A stretch of DNA of 64,000 nt from Phoronis australis (lineage: Eukaryota > Animalia > Phoronida). The translations under genes were made by a program, and so were the position numbers. The notes under the pieces are model-generated. The model saw only the letters and a program-made list of their open reading frames with translations. It made no database searches and had not been told where the DNA came from. Position 1 is the first letter of the stretch. Each line of letters starts with the position of its first letter. The stretch spans positions 486,143 through 550,142 of the forward strand of contig NMRA01000263.1 in assembly GCA_002633005.1 (NCBI GenBank), written 5' to 3'. Positions 50,801 through 62,728 of this stretch are shown here, in pieces.

Positions 50801-53800
50801 CAACCCAGCTACCACACAAAGAGTTCTTTAGGTATTAACCATGATGAGATAGCACAACACTATCAAACTAGGCACACTCAAAGTTCAACTAGATACCATG
50901 ACACAGCAGGTGTAGAAAAGCAGACAATTCCTAACAAAAATTTAGCCTTTTCAACAATAAAATCCTGCCAATCTTTTATAAAAATGATCACTAAAATTGA
51001 CTTTTTTCTTTTTTCAAATACTTTTAATATTGCTATCAAAACATTTTCTGATGTTACCTCTGGTATACTTAAAAATTATGAAGCATTTATTTGGTGCTAC
51101 CTGTCTTTTATAAAATAAATGAAAAAATTACACTTCCCTGCTACACTGTCTTACGCTGGTGAAATTTTCCCCCTAATGTCAATAACACACCTAATGTAAC
51201 AACCAGGCCAACTGATAATAGATTTATATTGTTCCTTGCTCATTTAGCAACTGTTAATCAATATCACAAGGTGATTAAATTTCATAATAGAATCGGACAG
51301 TCCACTGTTGTACTCATAACCTTACACNCCCCCCCCCCCCCCCCCCCCCCGAGGCCATGTGCTGGCCTGGGCAAGTTGATCAGTGACCAACTTCAGAAGG
51401 TGGAGAAGTAAATTCTACACCCAGTAACTTCTATAGGGGTAGCATTAGAGGTCTGATGTCGGCTAACTTCAACATGTCATTTCTAAAATCTATGAGTTTA
51501 TTTACAGCCTGGAGCCTATTTATAGGCTAAAGGTCAGTGTAAATAGACCAACAGATTTCATGTTACTTCATCACCACCTCAAAACTGTTTTAGCAAATAA
51601 CTTCAGTGCACTTCCTAATGGGTCATGATATGATTGATGTCTGTACTACCTTCAAAGGCCTTTCCCACTGAGTTAAATGTGCCACCAGAGGTGGGCTGTA
51701 AACACCACTAACCTCCCCATTAGCTCTGGTACTTAACCAACATCCAAGTTATCACAAATAGTGATGACCAGATCAGTCAATTTATCCCAAGGATGTCCTG
51801 TGACTTGACAAACTTTAAGTCTAAAGTAATGGTAATTCTTCACTTATTTCACTCAAAAATAGTTCTGAGTTTTCCATTGTTAAGATGTCGATTAACTTGC
51901 TGTGCAGGTCATCAAACGTTTTATGCCATCTTTACAGTAAAAGCAAAGCTGATAACAAATTGATATTTTTAATATTTATTTCAGAACTTGCAATGCATTA
52001 CGTGCCATTCTTGATGGAGACATCTGCACATAACTCCACCATATGACAACCATTCCCACTGTACGGAGGTGCTGACTCTTCTGTTGAATCTAGCTGTTCA
52101 CTCCTAAGTGAACTTTCGCTTTTAGTTCGGGCCAAGACGAAATTTTTGAGTTCCCTTAACACTGACATTAGTGAGACATGACCTCAAGGGAACTTGCTGA
52201 GCAACAGCTAGATGCTATTATTATTCGTATGTTTTTTCTCCAAATGGCAAATGAACAGGGTCGTCCAGGATTAAACAGCGACACTTGAATCTCGCAGTAT
52301 TTACCCACAATGCCGTAAACATCTGTCACACACATTTGCTGCCTCGTTTTTGTGCTACTAGAATTATTTGTTGTGGCCCAATTCTTTACAAGTTTTTCTC
52401 CGTTGCATTACTCTTTCATCCTTCCAATGCCAACGAAGTATTACTCCTGTGCTTTGGGATGCAAATCCAACATGAGAAACTTTGATAAATTGTACAAACA
52501 TCCATGGATACGTGATCTGAAAATTGAAATTCTTCGTCTTCCCGACATCAATGAGAAACACAAAAATCTGCCTAAATTCCCAAAACGAGGTCATGTGCTT
52601 TCTATTCTAATCTCCGAGACAAAGGAGAGTTCTATCGCCGTGTAATCCGGGATGGCCCTATTCCATAACAGGCAGCTCATACCACAAGCAATGCCTTATA
52701 GCCAGCAGAAGTTACACCTTTGGTATGAACAGGAAAATGTGAAGAAACAAAGCAAGCCTTTAGAGCATAACATACTGAGAAGCAATGCCAGACTAGGAAT
52801 TGTACTAAGACATGATACATTATCTGCAATATACTAGTTTTAATTATGCGTTCTAAGGGCCAACATCAAGATTGACATCATACTAGGAGTGTGAAAACTG
52901 AAATACAATTGTTGAGTCAACATATGAACAAGTAACAACAAACAAACAAACAAACAGACAGACAAACAAACAAACAACACCAATACCCATTACAAGAACC
53001 TTCACCAACAAGCAAGCAATGTACTCATAGATTACACGACACTACACTACACTGGAAGATAAATCCTTAAGAGAGTTTAAAGCCACTAAAACAATATGGA
53101 CATACCTTTGGGGTCAAAGCTCTTCACCCACGAGTTGAAACAGGCACCTAGAAGCCAAGAAACAAACGGAAACAACAGAGTGCACAAGGCGTCAAATCAC
53201 CACCACTAGGCAAGCAGCTTCGCTAATTATTCGTTCACATGCCCAGGAAACCTTTGTTGAACATTCACATAGTAAGAAGGAAGCTAGCCTGCAGTGACTA
53301 TGTGAACGCAGTCACCTATGGTCCGGTAGAAAGGTGATAGAGAAATTGATGAATGCGCATCATCGACAGGTGACGAAAGTGTTTGTTTGCTTGAAATAAA
53401 TTGTGACAGATTATGGTATGACAAGGCCAGCCTCCTTCACAGACAGCAGTAAATATGACAGAAAAACAATTTAAAAGCATCCTGAGCCTTCATATTTTGG
53501 ACTCAAACTTCGACAACCAACATTTAACTGCATTACCTTCAAATGGATGCTTTCAAATTTGAAATGCAGGCCGTCCACAGAAACCAGTCAAAATGCTTTT
53601 AAATTTCCAAGAAAGCGTTGGTAAGTAACTTAGATTAGTAAGCAAGACTGCTATAAAATAAAGTAAGCAACAAAACGCTGCCCAATTGGTGGCTGACAGC
53701 CAAATTTGCAATAAGCAGATAGAAAAATGAAGTCCCCTCCTAAAAGCACTGCAGAGTTTGCCAGTGATGGGTTTAACAGATATATATCAACCTAAATCTT

Positions 53801-56324
53801 GTCATTGCCTTGTTTTGTGATCGCTAAAGATAGACACCATCATGCCAATAAGAGATGTGTGCTTCATAAATTTCCAACGCGCATGAAAGCAGCACCTAGG
53901 TTTTAAAAGACTCCATTGACAGAGCGTATAGACTTAAGTGGAAGTGACCAGTGACTTATTGTTCTAAGAAAAAGGCCGTTTGTGAGTGCCTGACCAGGCA
54001 GGAATGTAAGGAATGGAATGATGGCTACCTTTTTTTAGTTATTCTATTTGTAGTGTCCAGGAAGTGTCAGGATATCATCCATCTGCCACAAGTCTGGTTC
54101 AAAACACCAAATTAATACAACAAACTGACAACTAGAAGCCAATAAAAGTCATTCCTTTAACATGTTGCTCAAACTGTTACAGTAATGTTCAACATAATTT
54201 GGTTTCAGTTAACATCTACTCTGCAACTCAAAATGGTAAATAACAGTGAATCTGTGTCGTAAATGTATAAAAATTTAAATTGACAAGCCCGCTTGGGATA
54301 ACTGATCTTAAAATAGATCCTCTCAGATTCTGCTGGACTTTATAACTAGGTCAAAGGTCACTGACACTCTAGTCACATGCTTTGCACATGCACTGGTTTC
54401 TACATGGTGCAATTGCTGATCAGAACTAAGGAAAATTATCAATAAGTTTTAGATCAGGTTTTCGAACTAACATTTCTTAACTATATGTGTAAAGGCTTTA
54501 GGGAACTTGAATACAAAAAATTCAAAATGGGTTCTTTCATTTCTAGTTCCTCCCCCAACACAGGGGAATCTTTGCCTTCAAAGAAATATAACTGAAGTAT
54601 TTTTCAAAAAAAAAATCAATGCGACAAGCAAAAATCTTCCTAGGCACAGACACATACTATTCCATCCTGAATGCTCGAAGAATTTTCTGTAAATTACGCT
54701 TAACACCAGCTGGACAATCAAAGTCACGATACTACCGTACTAGTATATGCGCAGATAGGACAACTTTGGAGGAGGTTTAACTAATACTCCTCCCGCAATT
54801 AACTTTTTCCACATAGTCTTTCATTCGGGCTGCCCAATCATGAACTAGCTATTTTTGTAGTGCACATGACAACATAGCCTCAATCTTTTAAACAGGTTGC
54901 AAGTCATCATAGACATCACATGTAGCATGCCATATACACTCTCTAAGCATTAAGTTATAATTAACACATACCATGACTCTGGAGATAATTTAGTCAACTT
55001 CATTTGAACATATCCATGAAAATCTCATTGAGGTTCACTAGAGCTTCACTCGCAGGCTGCCATTTTGAGAAAGTTACGTGAAATCACACCAAGTTCACAA
55101 ACAAGTTGAAGGGACACAATCTTACAACACTGCTCCGGATATCTTCACATGCTACTTTTAGCAAGTGTTAGCTGCCAGGTTACACATTCCTCTCAGTCTC
55201 AAGCTTGTTGTGACCCAACTTGCGTGAAATACTTGTGGTAATTATGCACAGTGAAAATTTTAATGGTGATCAAAAAGTAGAGGTGAAATTCTTTGCCACA
55301 GTCATTTTACAAATCCCGTAAACATGCTTCATCGAGGATATATGTACAGAACCAGAAAGGATTATGGAAGAAAGTGAGCACTTTTTCAAGAGAAAAGTTT
55401 AAGTATATTAAATGTATTTTCGACAAAGTGAAAACCTCTTATTCAGTGACTGGATTTGGACTTCTACTGTCCGTTTAAAATACACAATAAAATTAACGCA
55501 GAAACCGACGGAGAGTCATATAGAGTGTTGTAGCCTCTCTCCAGCTAGAGGGGCTGCTTATTGCTTAAAGGCTGCTCGGACTTAAGACCTGGTTAAAAGA
55601 ACTACATCACATTAACATGTGCACTGATTTCATTGACAGAACGACAGAGCGAGTTTCGGGAGAGCTTGTTTGAGCTGCCTCAATGTTCACCTATGCTACA
55701 AAAATACTTTTACAACGTGACTTTGACTGAACATGTATTGGCGAAATGCTTCACCCATACAGAGGGTCAATGGGATGACCACTGTGAGCAAGGTTTGCTG
55801 GCAAAGTTCAGCACTAGGCAGCCGCAGTGTCATCTACATACAATCTCACTACCTCAAAAATACTAAAAAACATCACATGCAAAATCGCACTGCATTTTGT
55901 TAAATTATATTAGTAACCAATGAAACAAATAAGAAAATGTGGCGAACATAACCAACTAGATTGCAGGGACAGTTGCATTTGCAACTCAAATACATGATTA
56001 GGGCCTACCTGCAGCAATGGTCTGCTCTGTCGTTTCATTCTCTTTGCTCGTAGATCTCGGAGGTACGACGGGAGTCTGCTCAGGGGGTGGTATAGGGTCA
56101 CTCACAGTGCTAGAAGGTATAGGTGCTGGCTCTTCCTTCACGGGCGAGTCTCCGAAACTTATGAGAGGTTCTTGCTGAACGGCCTCGGCCTCAGAACTTG
56201 ACGTTACTGGAGCATTCGCCGTGTACAAGTCTTCTTCCGCCTGGTCGGTCGTGTCAGCGAAAGATGGATTCACGTGTTCAAAGTCGTTGTCTTCAGAGAA
56301 ATTTGACGGTAAACCTGAATCCAT
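38829..56324 (-). CDS. RTN: Reticulon (RTN family, ER-shaping protein), 295 aa
   Basis: Exons 56324-56009, 45094-44887, 42736-42598, 42043-41974, 39567-39462, 38877-38829 (888 nt, ends TAA). Reticulon homology domain motifs: [80 protein letters not shown]. Exon sizes 208/139/70 match vertebrate RTN genes as I recall them. Confidence 0.96.
39768..40009. mobile_element. MITE, CAGGGCTTGGAAT family (copy 2, opposite orientation)
   Basis: TAGGGCTTGGAAT ... ATTCCAAGCCCCG; gactag occurs near both flanks. Confidence 0.75.
43173..44487 (+). mobile_element. Internally deleted hAT DNA transposon (1315 bp) in reticulon intron 2
   Basis: Perfect 8-bp TSD CATAACGG (43165-43172 / 44488-44495); TIRs CACGGCTCAACACTAAC / GTTAATGTTGAGCCTG; subterminal CTTGCCCG/CGGGCAAG repeats at both ends. 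Confidence 0.9.
43519..43776 (+). pseudogene. Truncated hAT transposase N-terminus with a TTF-type zinc-finger-like motif
   Basis: [33 protein letters not shown]...[12 protein letters not shown] resembles the ZNF862-like F..SW...FPWL....GM.C..C pattern. The first Cys position reads Tyr and a stop follows. Confidence 0.7.
45769..45841 (-). CDS. Candidate alternative short first exon of reticulon ([24 protein letters not shown])
   Basis: ATG at 45841 preceded by an in-frame TGA; phase-1 donor A|GTGAGC joins in frame to the RHD exon at 45094. Confidence 0.4.
46815..46835 (-). CDS. Candidate 21-nt symmetric microexon of reticulon (ASVKDTC)
   Basis: Long polypyrimidine tract ttttgtcttctttcttttattcattcccag|, donor TG|GTATAG, phase 1-1, no stop. 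Confidence 0.45.
46945..47741. repeat. 289-bp direct duplication around an N (46945-47233 / 47453-47741), with a transposon end between the copies
   Basis: Four substitutions between copies; n at 47234; 47235-47452 ends in ATCCTGGATGAAGGCCTG, which looks like a TIR. Confidence 0.85.
49018..49268. mobile_element. MITE, CAGGGCTTGGAAT family (copy 3)
   Basis: CAGGGCTTGGAATTTT ... GGTCATTCCAAGCCCGG; flanks ctccca / ctccta. Confidence 0.8.
49944..50100. mobile_element. Short MITE-like element
   Basis: Imperfect TIRs GGCTCTGTTTCATGAAA / TTTCATGAAACGGAGTC. Confidence 0.55.
50281..50336. repeat. 19-bp tandem repeat x3
   Basis: cagttataaccatgtcagg repeated three times. Confidence 0.9.
52006..52168 (-). 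CDS. Candidate alternative first exon of reticulon using a GC donor
   Basis: [58 protein letters not shown] phase-1 join needs the donor G|GCACGT; otherwise the frame stops at TAA. Confidence 0.3.
52253..52663 (+). mobile_element. Non-autonomous DNA transposon relic carrying a THAP-like N-terminal fragment
   Basis: Imperfect TIRs GAACAGGGTCGTCCAGGATTA / TAATCCGGGATGGCCCTATTC; from 52427 [15 protein letters not shown]... fits the THAP start M-P-x-C-x3-C-x-(S)N. Confidence 0.55.
52935..52977. repeat. (AAAC/AGAC)n microsatellite
   Basis: Seen directly. Confidence 0.85.
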
Positions 56325-56706
56325 GGTCGGCTTTTATGTAATTTGCAAACAAGAATGGTGAATAGCCTCCTTAATCAGCGTTTCAAAAAATATTTCGCAG
56401 TTGCCCCTACCAGTCTCATTCAAAATTCCAAGTCCAATATATGAAGATGGCCGTTCAGATGACGTCATCGTGCATGTAGAATAAAAGCAGAAACGTGGTA
56501 TAGAAAGGTTTTACAGCTGAAACCACGGTTTGACGTAACTATGGAGTAAATTTTATTTTTAGAAAATATTTTAATACAAAATATTGCATAAAAGTGATTT
56601 CATGGTAAAAATTGCTTGTTTTTTCTTTAAATTTTATTTATTTTTATTTTGTGTGGTGAGTTTTTTCGGCCCTGGGCAACACGGAAACCGACGTTCAGTC
56701 GCAAAA
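56325..56706. promoter_or_regulatory. Putative bidirectional promoter between reticulon and SPTLC2
   Basis: 382 bp between divergent ATGs; perfect palindrome GATGACGTCATC (CRE/ATF) 56458-56469; TGACGTAA 56531-56538; YY1-like AAGATGGCCG 56444-56453. Confidence 0.75.
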
Positions 56707-59700
56707 ATGGGTTGTGATGACATGGGGCGGGGTGAACCCCTCAAAGTTAACGGACATAAAGATATGTCTATGTTAAATGGTGATTCGCATTTGAAAACAA
56801 AGGTTTGTAGCTAGCATAAATCATTCTGTTTACAACGTCGCATTTAGTTTCATAGCAAAAGACACACTTTGTTTTCAAGTAGTGTTGACTAGACCACACC
56901 AATTCCGCCAACACGGAACAATTTACGTAAGAATAGCATTCCGTGGGTAGAGTTCAGTAACGTTAGGACCTCCCTTAAATTTAGCCAAAATAATCGCATA
57001 TTCTCTTTCAAAATATACGATAAAAATGACTCCCTATAGTCCCCACTGCCTAACCTTTCTCGGTAAATATGCGGTTATGTCTTGGGTACCAATACTTTCT
57101 AAGCAGTGGCTGTGCTCTCCTTGCTTTAAAACAGCCAGTGTTGCACAAATATGAACAAATTTCCCGTACTCGATATCTCATGTAACCTCGTGAAGCCTTG
57201 CTTTTTAGTGAGGTCTTAGTGTTACTGAATTCTACCATACCTGTATTTAGTGAAACAGTACGTGAATAATGGGGCCCGTTATTCATTGGTTTGCTTGTTT
57301 CTTGTAATGTCTGGTGGAGATAAAAGTGATACTACGTATGCACTTGTGCTTTGCTATGTCTATGACTACAGACTATGTAGTATTGTCAAATTATGTGTTA
57401 ATGTGAGCAAATCAATAAGCCATGAAATCTGGGAAAGTACAGCCAATCCGTATACAACGATACGATAGAGGTCGTACTTCACGGTTGGTGAGCAGTCTCT
57501 TGGTGGAGTAAGTTCACTTGCACAATGCAAATTTTGACTGGGCTTGTTCATTTGGGTTATCTAAAACACTTAATGATCCAAGGCGTCATTCCTGAAAAAT
57601 TAGTTTTACTGAGCTTTAAAAATGATTTGCCGATGAAAACTCCAAAGCAGGGTGATCAGGCAGCTATTTTTAGGCCTTGCTAGTTTCATTCTGGGTCGTC
57701 ATAAAGAGGTTAGTTGCATGCCAGCTAAATACCGTCCCCAACAAAATCAGCTAAACATCGTATTCAAATCAAACTACTACCCAGGTCAAACCGTTCTCTA
57801 ACATGAAAGGGTTGTGGTTGAAGTGATCCTGTGGGCTTGGGAAACATTCATATTGCCTTTCATTCTAAGCTTGGTTATTAAAATTTATAAGGGGTAATAA
57901 AACAATTATCTTTACAATAAGCCATTTGCTAGGCTGTGTTTACTTACATGTAAGCCCAGTAGGATAGTTGTATGACTAAAGGGCCTTTCATACTAACGTC
58001 GATGCATCGATGTTTTAGGGAGTTGTGGTCAGTGTGAACGTTTAACTGTGGTCTTCGATCGAAGTTAATTGCTCCAGTTAACATTGCAGTTAATAGGTGA
58101 ATTTAACAGCGCAGCATTGACGCTGCGGTGCAGTTTTAACGGTTAACCTCGGTCGAATCGAAGTTATCACCAGGTACCACTGTTATCTTCAACAATTACA
58201 GGGTAGTGCCATCACTAATAGCTGCTTATATTTTGCTCTTATAATAACCAATTGATTTAAAAATAAGCTTAATGTCAATTAGCACATGTAAATATTCCCA
58301 AATTGTTGCATTGAAAAAGTCTTAGCATGCAGCGCTACCTTGCGATAACTTCGATGATGACAGTGTAACATACCGCTTACTTCGATGTTCATTAACTACC
58401 AAAGCCAGTATGAACGGTCCAGTTAACTGCGCTGTTTACGTCGACGCTCCAACTCAGACCGGAGTTAAGTCAATATGAAAGGGCCTTAAGAGCAAGGTTC
58501 ACAAAGAATTACTTTTGCTGACCTAGCCTGTCAATTTGATGAGGCATATTGCGCATGAACGACACCCAAGATGCAAAACCATCTACAAAATTCTTAAGCC
58601 ACCATGCGACTAGTTGCCTCTTCCAAGCATTGTGTAATTTTGTACCCAGAGGATCTAGGGTCTGAAGGCTTAACCCTCTAAACTCAATACCTATACTTGC
58701 TTGCCATAATATTCCTGTGGTGTATGAGTAGTTTGCTACCCACCCATCTTTTATGCAAATAACTTTCATTACCTGTTAATCTTGTCTGTTTACTGTTTTA
58801 ACAGGCACGTTCCTAAGCTGTTATTTCTTGCTTGGTGTTCTACTCATTCCTTGCTCTTCAAACGATCCGTTCAAATAGTATTTAATCAGACAGCATTCTT
58901 GGGCCTTCAACCAACTTATTGTATGTGCAAAGCTCCTGTGCTCAACGTTGTTGATTTGTCAGTGTGTAAATGTGGTCACATTAGGCTTGTCCACAACTTC
59001 TTTTCTTTACTTTTTAGGGCAAGACGTCCTGGAGAGATAACTTCATAGAATCATTCGAGGAGACTCCACTTATCGTAGCTATAATTACATATATTGGGTA
59101 CGGTGTGCTTGTACTCTTTGGTTACTTGAGAGACTTTCTTAGGAACAATGGTATAGAGAAGATACAAACAGCCAGAGAAATACCAAAACAAAAGGTGAGT
59201 TACAAGAGCATTGCGCATATATTGGCGAGTAAAACGTCAGACTTAAGAAGTTCAGTTGTGTGTATGGCAGCCAGTGCTTCCCTTTGCTTAAGAACAAAAG
59301 TTATCAATCCGAGGGGGGTTGGCCCTGGCTGATGTGGAGTTGGTATAGACAGGTGTGATTTTTACTCTTTCTGATACTGCGGATGGGTATTTTGATGTGG
59401 TTGGATGGTATCATCTCCGGTGGATAAACAAAAGAACTGGCAAGCACTAAGATCTGTATTGTGCTAAAGCTCCCGCAGGGTCCCCAAGTCTTCTTCACCT
59501 GTCACATTACCCAGTTGTTTGCTTGAAAACACACAGCACATAGCAAAGATGAAACTTCACCTGACGTCCCAACTTTTAAATGACTTTCGTTGGTTGATGA
59601 CACGTAGTGCAAACTCTCAGAGATGTGACCGAGCACAGACAGTTTTCAGTAGAAACCATTCAATGCTTCACCTGCTGTAGATTTCTGTGGAACTGGTCAT

Positions 59701-62700
59701 TGACTGTGCCTTGCATCTTCATGTTGAAACATGAAGTTCTCTGGCAATGTTGTATTTCTGACTTGTTTAGCATTAAATTCAGCTAAGTTTACCTCGTAAC
59801 TTCTAAACATTTAAACTGTTCATCTTCTTTACAATTGGGAGTAACTGGATGGGCCTGATTGAAGTATCTTTATAGTCAGACATCTTTTAGATTCAAACTT
59901 ATGAGTATTGCTGTCTTGATTTCTCTAAATTAGTGGTAGTCTAAATTTCAAGTGAAACATTTTTTTTCGCGACTGTTTATATAGCACAATAGAATTCTGA
60001 ATGATAATCCACGATATGAACAACCCCTATACAGCCCTTAGTTGTTGACTTCAATAACCACCACTATCATTATCCTTCATACTGTATTCACTTCATCTGC
60101 TTGTTTGGGATCACTGTAAGAGAAGAATGTGCCACACTGCCAAACAACACTTTGAAAAAAGCTGTGTAGGATTCTAAGGGTTTATATTTTTAGATATAAA
60201 TTAAGTTTACAAATTGTCCAAAACCAAGTGCTGTGAATCATCTTGGATTTTTTGTGTTATTCAGTTTTCATATTTTTATGCTGTAAAATTTTTGGACACC
60301 TTCAAAGGAATGTTCTTGAATTATTCTGAAGGAAATTATATATTAATTACTCCCTGCCTGCTGGCTTGCTTATGAAGAATCTTGTGTATGATGCCTGCAA
60401 CCTATTACTATATACACACACATGCATAAAATATGTATATTATGTATGTGTTTGTTTACAGACACAGATTATACAGATTATCAACTTTCTTCATGGACAT
60501 TTTACATTTCAGGACTTCGTACCACTGTATCAAAGCTTTGAAAGTTTCTACACCAGAAACTTGTACACCAGAATCCGTGACAGTTGGAACCGTCCCATCT
60601 GTAGCGTGCCCGGCGCTCAGTTTGAGTTGCTTGACAGAAAGTCTAATGATTATGGATGGAACTTTCAGTGAGTGTGGTTTTAAACAATTTAGTTCGATTG
60701 GATTGTTTTTAATGTCTGAAATTTCCGAATTTTGCTTGCTCAGGTCATGCAGCACCACCTTGTGAAAAAAGTGATGATAACTTCTGTCTTTGCTAGGCTA
60801 TTGTTTTCTCTTTTATAAGTAAACACTGGTTGATATGTTTATATGTGGCACATACGGTAACCAGTGGCAACTTGACAGTTAACAGTTCTAGCTAAATCTT
60901 AAAACATGTTCACATCAAAGATGAAACCCTCATTTGAGTAGCCTCATAGTCGTAGGCAGATGAACGGAACAAATTTTTCTCAAACTGACTGCATGGCATT
61001 GGCATTCAACCTCTGGTTATCAAATGTTATACTCTTTAGATAATCTAAAGACATATATTATCTTCAATGGCGTATTGTCTATAGCCATTTTATTAGAAAT
61101 TCCAATGGTGTCATTTCATTTTCCGTCTGTTTACTAGGAAGCACACTTAACCACTATGTATTACGTGAACCAAAAAGACTGGTTGTATTTCTCATCTGAA
61201 TGCTCCTCAAAAATATGACCTTGTTGTGATCTTCACAGATTCACTGGGACCACCACCAAAGCTCTCAACATGGGCTCGTACAACTACCTGGGCTTCGCCG
61301 AGAACTATGGGGCGTGTGCCAAGGCTTCAGAGGAGAGCACCCTACAATACGGGGTGGGAGTGTCTAGCTCAAGACAGGAACTTGGTAAGTAAAGTGACAT
61401 CTTGTGGAAAAGTCTAGTAAGTTTTCTTTGTGGCAGATAGGTGCTGGTGACACTTTTGTGGACAGTTGATGGTTTCGTTTAAGTTCATGTTCACCACTTG
61501 ACTTAGGAGGAGGATTGTTGTTGGCAGTATAAGTATCTGGTAGCTTAATATAAGGCAGAAATTCGGTGCTCGCTGTGTGGGAAAATAATCTTTGGTAAGT
61601 TAGCTGAAAAGATTATCATGATATCTCATATATGAAGTACAAGTCAAGATACTGTTAAATTGAAAGGCAAGCCGAGCGATCACTGAATCTATATAATCAA
61701 AGTTATGATGGTTGTCTAACATGGTGTTCACTAGTTGACTGGTTTGGTAAAACTCAGTAATTAATCAATTTCTTTGAATTTCTTGTTATTTAATTATATG
61801 TTTTCGTGTGTTTAAGGATCCCTAGCTGTCCACAAAGAGTTGGAAGACCTGGTGGCCAAGTTTCTGGGTGTAGATGCTTCCATCACATTTGGTATGGGTT
61901 TCGCTACCAACTCCATGAACATGCCTGCACTGATGGGAAAGGTGAGACGAGCAAACATAGAAAGAATCAGCATGCATTCTCTTTACACCTGACTGCATCT
62001 AAAGTGTCACTGTGCTACTCAGAATTTGGAATAAATACTTGACATTGCCCGTGTTTGCTTATAACATGCTTAATACCTGCCCAGGGATTTAATCACCCTT
62101 TTGCTTTTGTCTTTAATACCACAAGTTAACAGTCTTCATCCTGAAGATTACACCAAATAGCACCATACTCTGAATGGAGTCCTTTGATTGGTTTAACAGC
62201 AAGATTCACTGTTCTTAAGTTGATTTATTCCAGTTTGAAGTAATTGATTTTGACTTGACCTCATTTGTTCTGTTTGGTACTGCAAACAGAGTCAAACAGC
62301 ACTGCTTTGCCTTAGGATAAATCAACCTATTTAATATTCCATTCATTTCTTTGAATTTACGTTTGCATTCAGACAGATGTAAAGAAGTCTAGTTGGTTTC
62401 GAACTGAAGTTAATGATCTTTGTGTGTGTGTGTCAGTTTTCTCGTTTTAACCATTAAAATGAAACGCAGTGCTGATCTATTTCCTGTTTGATGGTGACTC
62501 GTATTTTATTCCCACGTTAGTGTTGATGCTATATGAACTGTAACTCATTGGGTTAGTGCAGTTAATATACTGTTCTTTCTTATGTTCTTATCCTATTGGT
62601 TGACAAAGTTAACCTTGTTTTACATTCGTTTCAGGGCTGTCTGATTATCAGTGATGAGCTTAACCACGCCTCCTTAGTTCTGGGAGCCAGGTTGTCAGGG

Positions 62701-62728
62701 GCTAGTATCAAAGTATTTAAACATAATA
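56707..62728 (+). CDS. SPTLC2: Serine palmitoyltransferase long chain base subunit 2 (LCB2), 5' part; continues beyond the window
   Basis: Exons 56707-56802, 59018-59194, 60513-60667, 61239-61384, 61817-61941, 62635-62728. Motifs: [97 protein letters not shown]. Confidence 0.96.
57980..58486. mobile_element. PIF/Harbinger-type MITE (independent longer copy, 507 bp) in SPTLC2 intron 1
   Basis: Same TIRs AGGGCCTTTCAT / ATGAAAGGGCCT, TAA TSD, shared interior (cactaatagctgcttatattttgctct). Confidence 0.88.

Noticed and set aside
54972-55063. Further reticulon alternative first exon (donor GTATGT)
   Set aside because: Available ATG frames stop early or reach the donor in phase 0 or 2, incompatible with the phase-1 RHD acceptor.
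60433-60765. Long ORFs overlapping SPTLC2 exon 3 in other frames or on the opposite strand
   Set aside because: Shadow ORFs of a real coding exon.
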